From Anaeramoeba ignava BMAN (taxonomy: Eukaryota > Protista > Anaeramoebae), in assembly GCA_028826165.1 (NCBI GenBank), contig JAPDFW010000071.1, forward strand, positions 310,001 to 374,000: DNA of 64,000 bases, given 5' to 3'. The position numbers and the translations under genes were made by a program. How positions within the stretch are numbered: the first letter of the stretch is position 1; the number at the start of each line of letters is the position of its first letter. A model generated the notes under the pieces. That model ran no database searches and was not told where the DNA came from. It was given only the letters and a program-made list of their open reading frames with translations. Shown piece after piece: positions 38,632 through 51,900 of the stretch.

Positions 38632-40598
38632 TTAAAATGTGGAACATTTATCTGATTTTTCCTTTTTGGTTGTTTTAATTTTTTCTTTCTCTTGTTTTTC
38701 TTTCTGTTGTTTTTCTTTCTCTTGTTTTTCTTTTTCTTGTTTTTCTTTCTCTTGTTTTTCTTTCTCTTGTTTTTCTTTCTCTTGTTTTTCTTTTTCTTGT
38801 TTTTCTTTTTCTTGTTTTTCTTCTTTTAATTTAAATTCTTGATTATTAAATTTCCTAATTAATAAATCAAATAAATTTGGATTTGTTTGATTTAATTGAA
38901 AATAATCAATTCCAGTTTGAATTTCATTAATTATTTCTTGATTAATTTGAATTTCTTCTTTAATTTGATTTGAATAAATCCAATATTCAAATATTTGAAA
39001 TGATTTATTACTTAATTCACTATAATCTGTAACTTTATTTGATTTATCTTCTGTTACAGATAAAAACATTCCTCGATATAATTCACTTCTCATTATCAAT
39101 ATTAATTTAGGGAATTTATATTGTTTTTCTTTTTTTTCAATTATAAAATCTCATTTTCATTTTCATTTAAATAAATTCTTTTCATTGTTTCTTCAATTTT
39201 TTCATTTGAATTTATAATTTCTTTAATTTCTGAATATAATATTGGATTTATTATTCTGTTTGAATAAATCATTTCAAATATTTGATTTGATTCTTTAATT
39301 GATTTTTTTGAAATAATTTCTTGAAGTTTTTCAATTTGATTTTCATTTTGATTTAATCTATATTTCAATATTAATTTATGAGCTTTGATTATTTCTCCAT
39401 TTTCTGTTTTAAATGAAATATTGCAAAATTCTTTTCTTCTAAATAATTTTATCAAATCTTCTTCAAGATTGGAAAAAGAAGAAAGAAAAGGAGAATAATA
39501 AAGAAATGTTTTTCCAAATCCACAAGAAATATGATAATTAGAAATTTCTTCATTAAATCTTAATTTAGGAAGTTCAATTTGAATTGGAATTGGTGGATCT
39601 TCTATATCTTCAACCCCTAATTGGCACAAATCATTAAAACCAAATCCAAACATTTTTACTTTTTCAGTTAAAATCAAAGTATGATAACTTCCAACAGAAA
39701 AATCAAGAATATTATCATCATTTTCAAATAAAGATGATTTGATTTCAGTAAATTCATAAGTATTTTCATCTTTGCCAAGTCCATTATTCCGATGATTTCC
39801 GCATGAATAAAGTTTTCTTTTTGGATTTTCATTTTCATTTTCAATCAACATTACTGAATGATATTCTCCCATTTGAATATCAATTATTTTGCCTTTTGGA
39901 ATATTTTGGATTTGGGTTAATTGCATGATTTCTGTTTCTTCTTTTCTTGATTCTCCTAATCCAAGTTGACCATATCTATTTAATCCACATCCAAATAATT
40001 CTTGATTTGAATTTAAAAGAAAAGCATGAAGTGAATAATGGCCTGAAAATATTCTAGAAACATTTTTCATTATTAAAATTGGTTTTTCTGCTGATTGAAT
40101 TCTTCTCGATCCAAGACCAAGTTGACCAGATACATTTGAACCAATTCCATAAACATTTTGATTTGAAGTTAATAAGTAAACTGAATCTAGTCCTGAAACA
40201 ATATCTTGAATTATTCTATCATTTGGATCTTCAATTAATGATGAAATATTGATAAACTCTTTTGGGTTTTTGTAATTAATATCTTCTCCTCTGGTAAATA
40301 CATTTCCTTCTTTTGTTAAAATAGCTTCATTATCACCACCAACAGTTACTTTTTGAATATTTTCAATTTGGATTTTTTCAGGATTTTGATTTGTATATTT
40401 CGAATATTCTATTGCTTCTCCATTTTTAAAAAGGAAAATTGTTCCAAAATAACCTGATGCAATTTGTTTAATTTGTTTTTCATTTTCATTTTCATTTTCA
40501 TTTTCAAATTTAAATTGAATTGGTTTTGTTATTTTATACGATTCATTTTTGAAAAGTTTTGGATTTTTATTGTGACCAAAATATATAACTTCATTCAT
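38632..40598 (-). CDS. RCC1-repeat + tandem BTB protein, copy C (one frameshift; EKQEK tail, C-terminal CSTF)
   Basis: ORFs 39141-40598 and 38632-39099, with a short deletion in a T-run near 39150. Confidence 0.82.
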
Positions 40599-40767
40599 TT
40601 TTAAAAAGAAAAAAAATGAAAAAAATGAAAAAAAAATTTTTAAATTTTTATTTTAATTTTAATTTTAATTTTAATTTTAATTTTGATTTTAAATTTTAAT
40701 TTTAATTTTAATTTTGATTTTAATTTTGATTTTAATTTTAATTTTAATTTTGATTTTAATTTTAATT

Positions 40768-42569
40768 TTAATCAAAAAGTGAAACAATTTTTTTAGAATT
40801 TTCAGTTTGATTTTGATTATTAAATTTCTTAATTAATAAATCTAATAAATTTGGATTTGTTTGATTTAATTGAAAATAATCAATTCCAATTTGAATTTCA
40901 TTAATTATCTCTTGTGTAATTTGAATTTCTTCTTTAATTTGATTTGAATAAATCCAATATTCTAATATTTGAAATGATTTATTACTTAATTCACTATAAT
41001 CTGTAACTTTATTTGATTTATCTTCAGTTACAGATAAAAACATTCCTCGATATAATTCACTTCTCATTATTAATATTAATTTTGGAAATTTATATTGTTT
41101 TTCTTTTCTTTCAATAATAAAATCTTTTTCATTTTCATTTTCATTTAAATAAATTCTTTTAATTGTTTCTTCAATTTTTTCATTTAAATTTATAATTTCT
41201 TTAATTTCAGAATATAATTTTGGATTTATAATTCTGTTTGAATAAATCATTTCAAATATTTGATTTGATTCTTTAATTGATTTTTTTGAAATAATTTCTT
41301 GAAGTTTTTCAATTTGATTTTCATTTAATCTATATTTCAATATTAATTTATGAGCTTCTATTATTTCTCCATTTTTTGTTTTAAATGAAATATTACAAAA
41401 TTCTTTTCTTTGAAATAGTTTTATCAAATCTTCTTCAAGATTGGAAAAAAAGAAAGAGAAGGAGAATAATAAAGAAATGATTTTTGATTTCCACAAAGAA
41501 CATGATAATTAGAAATATCTTCATTAAATCTTAATTTAGGAACTTCAATTTGAGTTGGAATTAATTGATGTTTTGTATCTCCAATTCCTAATTGACCATA
41601 AGAATTATTTCCAAATCCTATTAGTTTCCCTTTTGAAGTTAAAATCAAAGTATGAGAAAATCCAACAGAAAAATCAAGAATATTATCATCATTTTCAAAT
41701 AAAGATGATTTGATTTCAGTAAATTCATAAGTATTTTCATCTTTGCCAAATCCATTAAATCGATAATTTCCACATGAATAAAGTTTTCTTTTTGGATTTT
41801 CATTTTGATTTTCATCTTCAATCAACATTATTGAATTATTTGTTCCACATTGAATATCAATTATTTTACCTTTTGGAATATTTTGGATTTTGGTTAACTT
41901 ATTGATTTTTCTTTCTTTTATTGTGTATCCTAATCCAAATTGACCATAATAATTATATCCAGATACAAATAATTCTTGATTTAAATTTAAAAGAAAAACC
42001 TGAGAAGAAGAATTTCCTGAAGATATTTTAGAAACATTTTTCATCATTAAAATTGGTTTTTCTGTTTTTTTAAGTTTTTCAGAATCAAAACCAAGTTGAC
42101 CATTATAATTTGAACCAATTCCATAAGCATTTTGATTTGAAGTTAATAAATAAATTGATTTAGCTCCAGGAATAATATCTTGAATTATTCTATCATTTTT
42201 ATCTTCAATTAATGATGAAATATTGATAAACTCTTTTGGGTTTTTGTAATTAATATCTCTTCCTCTGGTAAATACATTTCCTTCTATTGTTAAAATAGCT
42301 ACATTATCACCACCAACAGTTACTTTTTGAATACTTTCTTCAATTCGGATTTTTGAAGGATTTGGATTTGAATAATTTTGACTTGAATATTCTATTGCTT
42401 TTCCATTTTTAAAAAGGAAAATTGTTGAAGAAAAGCTTGTTGAAATTTGTTTAATTTGTTTTTCATTTTCATTTTCAAATTTAAATTGAATTGGTTTTCT
42501 TATTTTATTTGGTTCGTTTTCGATAAGTTTTGGAAATTGATTTGAACCAAAAAATAAACAATCATTCAT
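40768..42569 (-). CDS. RCC1-repeat + tandem BTB protein, copy D (frameshift at ~41450)
   Basis: ORFs 41424-42569 and 40768-41496, with the same motifs as the other copies. Confidence 0.82.
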
Positions 42570-42700
42570 TTTTGAAAAAGAAAAAAAATGAAAAATAAAA
42601 AATGAATTTTTAATTTTGATTTTTAATTTTGATTTTAATTTTAATTTTGATTTTTATTTTAATTTTAATTTTAATTTCAATTTTAATTTTAATTTGAATT

Positions 42701-44477
42701 TTAATTTTGATTTTGATTATTAAATTTCCTAATTAATAAATCAAATAAATTTGGATTTGTTTGATTTAATTGAAAATAATCAATTCCTGTTTCAATTTCA
42801 TTAATTATTTCTTGAGTAATTTGAATTTCATCTTTAATTTGATTTGAATAAATCCAATTTTCAAATATTTGAAATGATTTATTACTTAATTCACTATAAT
42901 CTGTAACTTTATTAGATTTATCTTCAGTTACAGATAAAAACATTCCTCGATATAATTCACTTCTCATTATTAATATTAATTTAGGAAATTTATATTGTTT
43001 TTCTTTTCTTTCAATAATAAAATCTTTTTCATTTTCATTTTCATTTTCATTTAAATAAATTCTTTTCATTGTTTCTTCAATTTTTCATTTGAATTTATAA
43101 TTTCTTTAATTTCAGAATATAATTTTGGATTTATTATTCTGTTTGAATAAATCATTTCAAATATTTGATTTGATTCTTTAATTGATTTTTTTGAAATAAT
43201 TTCTTTGAAGTTTTTCAATTTGATTTTGATTTTGATTTAATCTATATTTCAATATTAATTTATGAGCTTCAATTATTTCTCCATTTTCTGTTTTAAATGA
43301 AATATCACAAAATTCTTTTCTTTGGAATAGTTTTATCAAATCTTCTTCAAGATTGGAAAAATAAGAAAGAGAAGGAGAATAATAAAGAAATGATTTGAAA
43401 TATCCACAAAGAACATGATAATTAGAAATATTTTCATTAAATCTTAATTTAGGAAGTTCAATTTGAATTGGAATTGATTGATCTTTTGTATCTCCATTTC
43501 CTAATTGACCATAAGAATTATCTCCAAATCCTATTAATTTTGAATTAGAAGTTAAAATCAAAGTATGAGTATATCCAACAGAAAAATCAAGAATATAATC
43601 ATCATTTTCAAATAAAGTTGATTTGATTTCAGTAAATTCATAAGTATTTTCATCTTTGCCAAGTCCATTATAATAATATCGTCCACATGAATAAAGTTTT
43701 CTTTTTGGATTTTGGTTTTGATTTTCAATCAACATTATTAAATTATTTGTTCCACATTGAATATCAATTATTTTGCCTTTTGGAATATTTTGGATTTTGG
43801 TTAACTTATTGATTTTTCTTTCTTTTATTGATTCTCCTAATCCAAATTGACCATAATAATTATATCCAGATACAAATAATTCTTGATTTGAATTTAAAAG
43901 AAAAACCTGAGAAGAAGAATTTCCTGAAAATATTTTAGAAACATTTTTCATCATTAAAATTGGTTTTTCTGTTCTATTAAGTGTTTCATAATCAAAGCCA
44001 AGTTGACCAAATTTATTTGAACCAATTCCATAAACATTTTGATTTGAAGTTAATAAGTAAATTGAAACAGCTCCAGAAACAATATCTTGAATTATTCTAT
44101 CATTTGTATCTTCAATTAATGATGAAATATTGATAAACTCTTTTGGATTTAATATATTAATATATTTTCCTCTGATAAATACATTTCCTTCTATTGTTAA
44201 AATAGTTTCATTATAACCACCAACAGTTACTTTTTGAATATTTTCAATTCGGATTTTTGAAGGATTTGGATTTGAATAATTTTCATTTGAATATTCTATT
44301 GCTTTTCCATTTTCAAAAAGGAAAATTGTTGAAGAAAAGCTTGTTGAAATTTGTTTAATTTGTTTTTTTTTCATTTTCATTTTCAAATTTAAATTGAATT
44401 GGTTTTGTTATTGAATTTGTTTCATTTTCTATAAGTTTTGGAAATTGATTTGAACCAAAAAATATACAATCATTCAT
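42701..44477 (-). CDS. RCC1-repeat + tandem BTB protein, copy E (frameshifts at ~44370, ~43203, ~43081)
   Basis: ATG at 44477 (MNDCIFFGSNQFPKL), ORFs 43178-44386 and 42701-43069. Confidence 0.8.
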
Positions 44478-44753
44478 TTTCGAAAAGAAAAAAAATGAAA
44501 AAAATGAAAAATAAAAATAAATTAAATAAAGATTACCTAATTTTTATGATAAATTAAATAATTTAAAAAAAAAATAAAAAAAAAATTTGCTTTTTATTTT
44601 TTCATTTTTTTTTTCATTTCTCTTTTTTTTATTTTTAAAAATATTTGTTATTTTTTGAATAAATAATAAAAAATAAAAATAATCAAAAAATAAGGAGATA
44701 TCAAAAAAAAAAAAACCAAATCTAAAGAGAAAAAAAAACATAATAAGAAATAA

Positions 44754-47700
44754 ATGGCAAATAGAGTTGAAAGAGCAGAAGATTTTTTAAAAAAAATATC
44801 GAAAAACCGAACAACTTCAATATCAGAAAGATTACAAAAAAGAAGACAATTAAGTACAAAACTTGGAGCACAATCAAAAAAACGGACAAATGTTCTAGAA
44901 AAATTAAAACAAATGTCACAAGAAAATCAAGAAGAAGTAAAAGAAGAAGTTAAAAAAGAAGTAAAAGAAGAAGTTAAAAATCAAAATCAAAGTCAAAATC
45001 AAAATCAAAGTCAAAATCAAAGTCAAAATAAAATTCAAAATCAAAATCAAAATCAAAATCAAAGTCAAAATAAAATTCAAAATCAAAATCAAAATCAAAG
45101 TCAAAATCAAAATCAAAATCAAAATCAAAATCAAAATCAAAATCAAAATCAAAATAAAATTCCAAATCAAAATCCAAATCAAAATCAAAATCAAAATCAA
45201 AATAAAATTCCAAATCAAAATCAAAATCAAAATCAAAATAAAATTCCAAATCAAAATCAAAATCAAAATCAAAATCAAAATCAAAATCAAAATCAAAATC
45301 AAAATCAAAATCAAAATCAAAATCAAAATCAAAACCAATTTAAAAATCAATTTAAAAATCTGTTAAATAATCAACTTCAAAATCAATTGCAAAATCAACC
45401 GACACAAATCAAAAATCAACAAAAAAAAAGTCCACAACAACAAAGAAAATCACCAACACAAAATACAAAACAAACCCCTCCAAAAAATAGAATAGGAAGA
45501 TTTTCTGATCGTAATAAAAAAATGAAAAGTTTAGAAAGATTACAACAAATGTCAAAAGAAGTTGAACAAGTACAAAGTCAAAAAGAAATAGAAGAAAATG
45601 AAAGAATCCAAAAAGAAAAAGAAAAAGAAGAAAATGAAAGAATTCAAAAAGAAAAAGAAAAAGAAGAAAATGAAAGAAAAGAAAAAGAAGAAAATGAAAG
45701 AATTCAAAAACAAAAAGAAAAAGAAGAAAATGAAAGAAAAGAAAATGAAAGAAAAGAAAAAGAAGAAAATGAAAGAATTCAAAAAGAAAAAGAAAAAGAA
45801 GAAAATGAAAGAAAAGAAAAAGAAGAGAGAGAAAGAAAAGAAAAAGAAAAACAAGCAAATGCTCAAAGAGTTATATCAAAACAAGAGAAATTTTTTGGAG
45901 TCAATAAAACGGAAATTGAAAAAACACTTCCAAACTTAAAACCTCAACAACCCCAAAAAACAACCGAAACTCCAATAGAGAAGCCCATAACCCCACAGAA
46001 AGTTGAAACACCACAACCAGTCGAAAAAGAATCCAAAACGAAAGAAATCCAACAAGAGGATTCAACAGAGAAAACAGAAAAGGAAGAAAAAGAAGAAATT
46101 GATCCCAAAGATTGGCTTTCATATGCAATGAAAAAACACCCAGAAATCCTTGCACTTCGTGAGACAACTCGTCCTCTTCAACAATGCCAAAGGTTCGTTT
46201 ACTTTACAAGAATTTATCCAAGAAATATTTATTGAAAAAACTAAATTGATTCTTCTTCTCTTTTTTTTTGAATTGGAAATTTTTTTAAAAAAAACATTTT
46301 TTTTTCTCATTTAGTTTTGGACGCTTATTTGAACTTTCATATACAGAGGCCAAGGAAACATTAACAAGAGAAGATATTATGCAATTGATTCTCCAGCATT
46401 TTGCGTTTAAAGGTTATAAAGAATCGAAACAAGTTTTTGAAGAAGAACAAGATCTTTATTTCCAATATCCACCAGAAAAAAAAAGCATATTAACAAGTCT
46501 TGTTTGCATTGCGCTCAAAGATTTGAACACCTTGTGGGATTTGGATTACGATGAACAGACTGATTACGACGATCCTGAAGTCATGAATCTTTTTAATTAT
46601 CCAGGATTAATGTAAGTTTTTTTTCGAAAATTTTTTTTTTCTTTTTTTTCATCCTCATGATATTTGCTTCAAATCAATTCGTAAACTCGATCTCATTTGA
46701 ATAACAATCGATGAGAAAACAACTATTTGGAAAGCGAATTCATGAGTCAAAAGAAATGAATTATTTTTTGTTTTATTGAGAAAATTAATGATATAATTAT
46801 ATTTATTTTTGGACAACAATTTAGAGCTGAAGATCAACAACAAGAAGACGTTCCAATTTGGCAAGATGAGCCAGAAGCCGATAGCAATTTAGTTCTGAGC
46901 GAAGATAAGAGTATTTAATAAAAACTTCAATTTGATTTTTTTGAATTAAAATTTCAATTCAAAATTAAATTTAATTTTTTCAATCAATTTTTTTAATATA
47001 AAATCTCTTTTTCAAGAACATGTAAAGGCAGCCACGCTCAATAAATTGATTGAGAGATTAGCAAGCGACAAGGTGAATGATCTGAAATACACACAAGCGT
47101 TTTTGATGACTTATCAATCATTTGCGTCACCAGAAAAACTACTTGCGAAATTAATTGAGCGATTTAACGTACCAAATATGCCTGAAATGGAAGAGAAAGA
47201 ATATTCGACTTTCAAGCGAACAATTCAGCTCCGAGTTTACAACGTAATCAAGACGTGGATCGACAAGCATTTCAGCGATTTTAATCCGAAAACATTAAGA
47301 GATCTTGGATCCTTTATTGACAATCAATTGGCAATTGATTACGACAAACTGGCAAAGCAACTGCGACTTGCAGTAAACAAAAAGGAGAGCGGAAAAGAAG
47401 AGGTTCAAGAAACACTTATAATCCAACCTGGAATGGAGCCCAAAGTTCCAAAAAACATTTTCAGTCCCAAGCTGTCAATTTTTGACATCGATGAAGAAGA
47501 ACTTGCGAAACAAATGAGCTTGCTTGAGTCTCATATGTACATCCAAATCCAGCCAAAAGAACTTCTCAATCTCGCCTGGAGCAAACCGAAGCTCCGGCAC
47601 CGCTCGCCAAATGTTCTTGATATGATCCACCAATTCAATAAGATTTCACAGTGGGTCACGACATCCATAGTAACCGCCCAGAAGCTCAGAGATAGGTCGC

Positions 47701-48209
47701 GGCTCCTCACTCGATTCATCAAGCTTATGGAGCATCTCTTTGCTTTGAATAACTTCAACGGACTAATGAGCGTTATTGCTGGACTGAATGACTCTTCAAT
47801 TTACCGTTTAAAACACACTTGGGATGACATTCCAAGACGTTCTAAAGAGGTTTTCGATGATCTTCTTGATAAAATGTCCGCTCAGCAGTCGTACAAGAAA
47901 TACAGAGATCTTATCCACAAGATAAATCCGCCTTGTGTTCCCTATTTGGGTGTTTATTTGACAGATTTAACTTTTATTGAGGAAGGCAATAAAGATCTTC
48001 TTGGAAAATTAATTAATTTTTCTAAAAGAAAACTTATTTCTGACGTGATTCTTGAGGTTCAACAATACCAACAAATTAAATATCCCTTTCAACCTGTTGC
48101 GCAAATTCAAAACTTGTTTGAAAAACTTCATTTGATGTCTTCTCAAGAATGCTATAATTTGTCTCTTAATATTGAACCAAGAGATGCTGATCGTTCAAAG
48201 ATTCAATAA
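44754..48209 (+). CDS. Ras guanine-nucleotide exchange factor (QN/EK-rich N-terminus, LisH-like, REM and CDC25 domains), multi-exon
   Basis: IMQLILQHF..KGYKES..VFEEE (LisH-like), AATLNKLIERL, FLMTYQSF, IQLRVYNVIKTW, ELAKQMSL, LNNFNGLMSVIAGL, PPCVPYLGVYLTDLTFIEEGN, INFSKR. Confidence 0.92.
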
Positions 48210-48499
48210 TTTTCTTTTTCATTTTCATTTTCTTTTTCATTTTCTTTTTCTTTTTTCTTTTTTCTTTTCTTGATTTGATTTGATGTTTTTTTTTTGAAAG
48301 AAAGAAAAAACAAAAAATAAAAGAAATTCAAAATAAATAATCAATTTAATTAATTAAAAATAAATAATATAAATTTATTAAAATAATTAAAATAAATAAT
48401 TTAAATTCATTAAAAAAATCAAAATAAATTTATTAAAATAATCAAAATAAATTTATTAAAAATAATCAATTTAAATTTATTAAAATAATCAATATAAAT

Positions 48500-48870
48500 T
48501 TATTAAAAATAAAAAGGAATAAATTTTGTTCCACTTTTTTTATTTCATTTTCATTTTAATTTTTAATTAATTTATTTTAATTTTTGAATTTAATTTATTA
48601 AATAAATCAAAATAAATTTATTAAAAATAATCAATTTAAATTTATTAAATAAAATGGAATAAATTTTGTTCCACTTTTTTTATTTCATTTTCATTTTCAT
48701 TTTTAATTAATTTGTTTTAATTTTTGAATTTAATTTATTAAATAAAAAGGAATAAATTTATTAAATATAATCAATTTAAATTTATTAAATAAAATGGAAT
48801 AAATTTTGTTCCACTTTTTTTATTTCATTTTCATTTTCATTTTTAATTAATTTTTGTTTTAATTTTTGAA
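48500..48870. repeat. Three ~140-nt direct repeats in the convergent intergenic region
   Basis: GGAATAAATTTTGTTCCACTTTTTTATTTCATTTTCATTTT recurs at ~48516, ~48656 and ~48796. Confidence 0.8.
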
Positions 48871-48986
48871 TTAAATTTTTTATTTTAATTTAATTAAAAA
48901 ATAAAAAATTAAAAATTAAAATTAAAATTAAAATTAATCAAAAATAACCCAAAAGATTAAAAGAATTATAAAAAAAAAAAACAACA

Positions 48987-51900
48987 TTAACCAATAAACT
49001 TTTTCAAAAGAAAACAATAAGTCATCAAAGATCTTTCATCAGGTTTTTCTTTCAAATCATTTGGGTCAATTAATTCAGGAACAGAAAAAGAATTTTTAGC
49101 ATTTGAAAAAACTTGTGCAAGAATTTGAAGAGGATCAGAATTTGCAAGAGAATTAGGAGAAGGCAATTTGCTATTAGCAGAATGTAGTATTGCAGTAAGA
49201 ACAATTCCATTTTGAAAAGATGTATCAAAATTCTCAACGGTTTTTTTAAAACCAATTGAAGAAACTTTTTTTTGAACCCATTGAAGTAAGTCAGTTCTTG
49301 AAACCCCTTTGTTTTCAATTTGGTAAATAAGACCCCATATAAGAGGCATAATAACTTTGATCCTGCCATCCATAACATCCTCTTCGCTTGTTGACGGCAC
49401 CTTTACTTGTTGTTGTTTTAAAAATCCAAAAACCATGCTTAAATTATCCATTTTATGCATAACAGAAATTGGTTTTGGATGAATCTTTCCAACACTTAAA
49501 CCGCTTATACTTTCAATTACTTTCGCTAATACAACTCCATCACTTAAATCCTTTTCAAGTTGTTCCACTCTTTTTCCTCCAAAATTTATTTGATCTAAAT
49601 GATAATTTATCCATTTTATAAATGTTGATTTTTGCATTTTTGCTTGTTGTTGTCGAAGTTTTGCTGCTGCTTGCATTCGGCTACGATTCCCTTGTAATCC
49701 TCCTCCTCCTCCTCCTAATAATGCCATTGCTAATGCTTTTCGTGGATCTTTCGGTGCTCCTGTACTGATTACTCTTCCCTTTATATCTCTATTTTAATTT
49801 TATAAATGAATTTTAATTTTAATTTTAATTTTAATTTTAATTTTAATTTTAATTTTAATTTTAATTTTTAATTTGTAAATGAATTTTAATTTTAATTTTA
49901 ATTAATTTTAATTTAAATTAATTTTAATTTTAATTTTAATTTTAATTTTAATTTTAATTTTAATTTTAATTTTAATTTGTAAATGAATATTAATTTTAAT
50001 TTTAAATATTAATTTTAATTTTAATTTTAATTTTAATTTTAATTTTAATTTTAATTTTAATTTTAATTTTAATTTATATTTTAATTTTAATTTTAATTTT
50101 AATTTTAATTTTAATTTTAATTTTAATTTTAATTTTAATTTTAATTTTAATTTTATTTTTAATTTAATTTTAATTTTAAATTTAATTTTAATTTTATAAA
50201 TGAATTTTAATTTTATAAATGAATTTTAATTTATAAATGAATTTTAATTTGAATTTTAATTAATAAACCTAAACCAAGAATCAACTTCTTCTAAATTTTC
50301 ACAAGAAATTAAAGATTCTTCTCCATTCATTGCTATAATTGAAACTGATTTTTCTTTGTTTTGATACATTTGTTTCATATTTACAGTCGCATTTAAAAGA
50401 CTAATATTTCCACTTGCATTTGTTGTATTAAAATTATAAAAATAATAAATTCGATTTCCTTGAATTGATAAATATGCTTTTTTCCAATTTTGATTTTCAA
50501 AATCAAATTTAAGAATAAATCCAGTTCTATCTCCTCTAATTTCTAAAACTGCAAGATCTTGATTTTGTGATTTTTCTGGTTTCTTTTAATTTATAAATGA
50601 ATTTTAATTTAAATTTGTAAATGAATTTTAAATTTATAAATGAATTTTAATTTTAATTTTAATTTAATTTTAATTTATAAATCAATTTTAATTTTAATTT
50701 TAATTTTAATTTATAAATGAATTTTAATTTTAATTTATAAATCAATTTTAAATGAATTTTAATTTTAATTTTAATTTTAAATGAATTTTAATTTTAATTT
50801 ATAAATGAATTTTAAATAAATTTTAAATGAATTTTAAATGAATTTTAATTTATAAATCAATTTTAATTTTAATTTTAATTTTAATTTATAAATGAATTTT
50901 AATTTTAATTTTAAATGAATTTTAATTTGTAAATGAATTTTAATTTATAAATGAATTTTAAATGAATTTTAATTTAATTTTAAATTTGTAAATGAATTTT
51001 AATTTATAAATATACTTTAATTGGATCTGGAAGTCGAGGTGGTTCAATTGATTTTGAAACATAAGATTTAACTTCCGAATTAGTATTCATCGAAATATTT
51101 TCTTGGTGTTTTTGTTGTTCTTGCTGTTCTTGATTCATTTCTCTTTGGATTGAATCAGCTCTTTTTCTTGACATATAAGTACCTCTAAAATAAATAGTTT
51201 CTCTTGAAGGAATATTAGTTTCATTGTCTCTAAAAAGATATTTTGGATCAACCGAATTCATTTCTGATTCTTTTGCTAAATTCATCAAGTTTTCATCATC
51301 TTCACATAATCGAACATGATCATCTATTTGCTCAAATAACGCAAATTCATTAAACGCTCCAAGTCGTATTTTTTGACTCACAATTTCAACTGCTTGTCGA
51401 CAAGTTGTATCTTTTGTGATTTTTAGGGTTTTATAAGAACCATCTTCAAAATATATTTTAATTATCATTTTTTCAGTGTTGACAAGCATGTTTTTCTCCA
51501 CAATTTCGCTTTTTTTTTTGAACACAAATCGGCAAAAATCTCCTTCTTTATCTTCCCATCGACTTCTTATAAACCACACTTTTAACTCGTTTTCAAGCAG
51601 TCTTTCTTGCGCTCCTTTTTTCTCAATTACTACATATTCTTCATCTGGTAAAATGTGGCATTTTTTGATTATTTTTTGTTTCAAATCTTCGATCGTGTCG
51701 TTTTCCGTTAACGGAATTGTATGAAATGTTCCATCTTCATAAAAAACTCGAACAATTCGGCTTTTCATTTTTTGTAGTTCTTCATCATTCACTTGTTTTT
51801 CTACTTGTTTCTGTTTGTCAATAATAGGCGAAGGATTTTGATTTTGATTTTGATTTTGATTTTGATTTTCATTTTTCGGTTTTTTTTCATTTTTCGGTTT

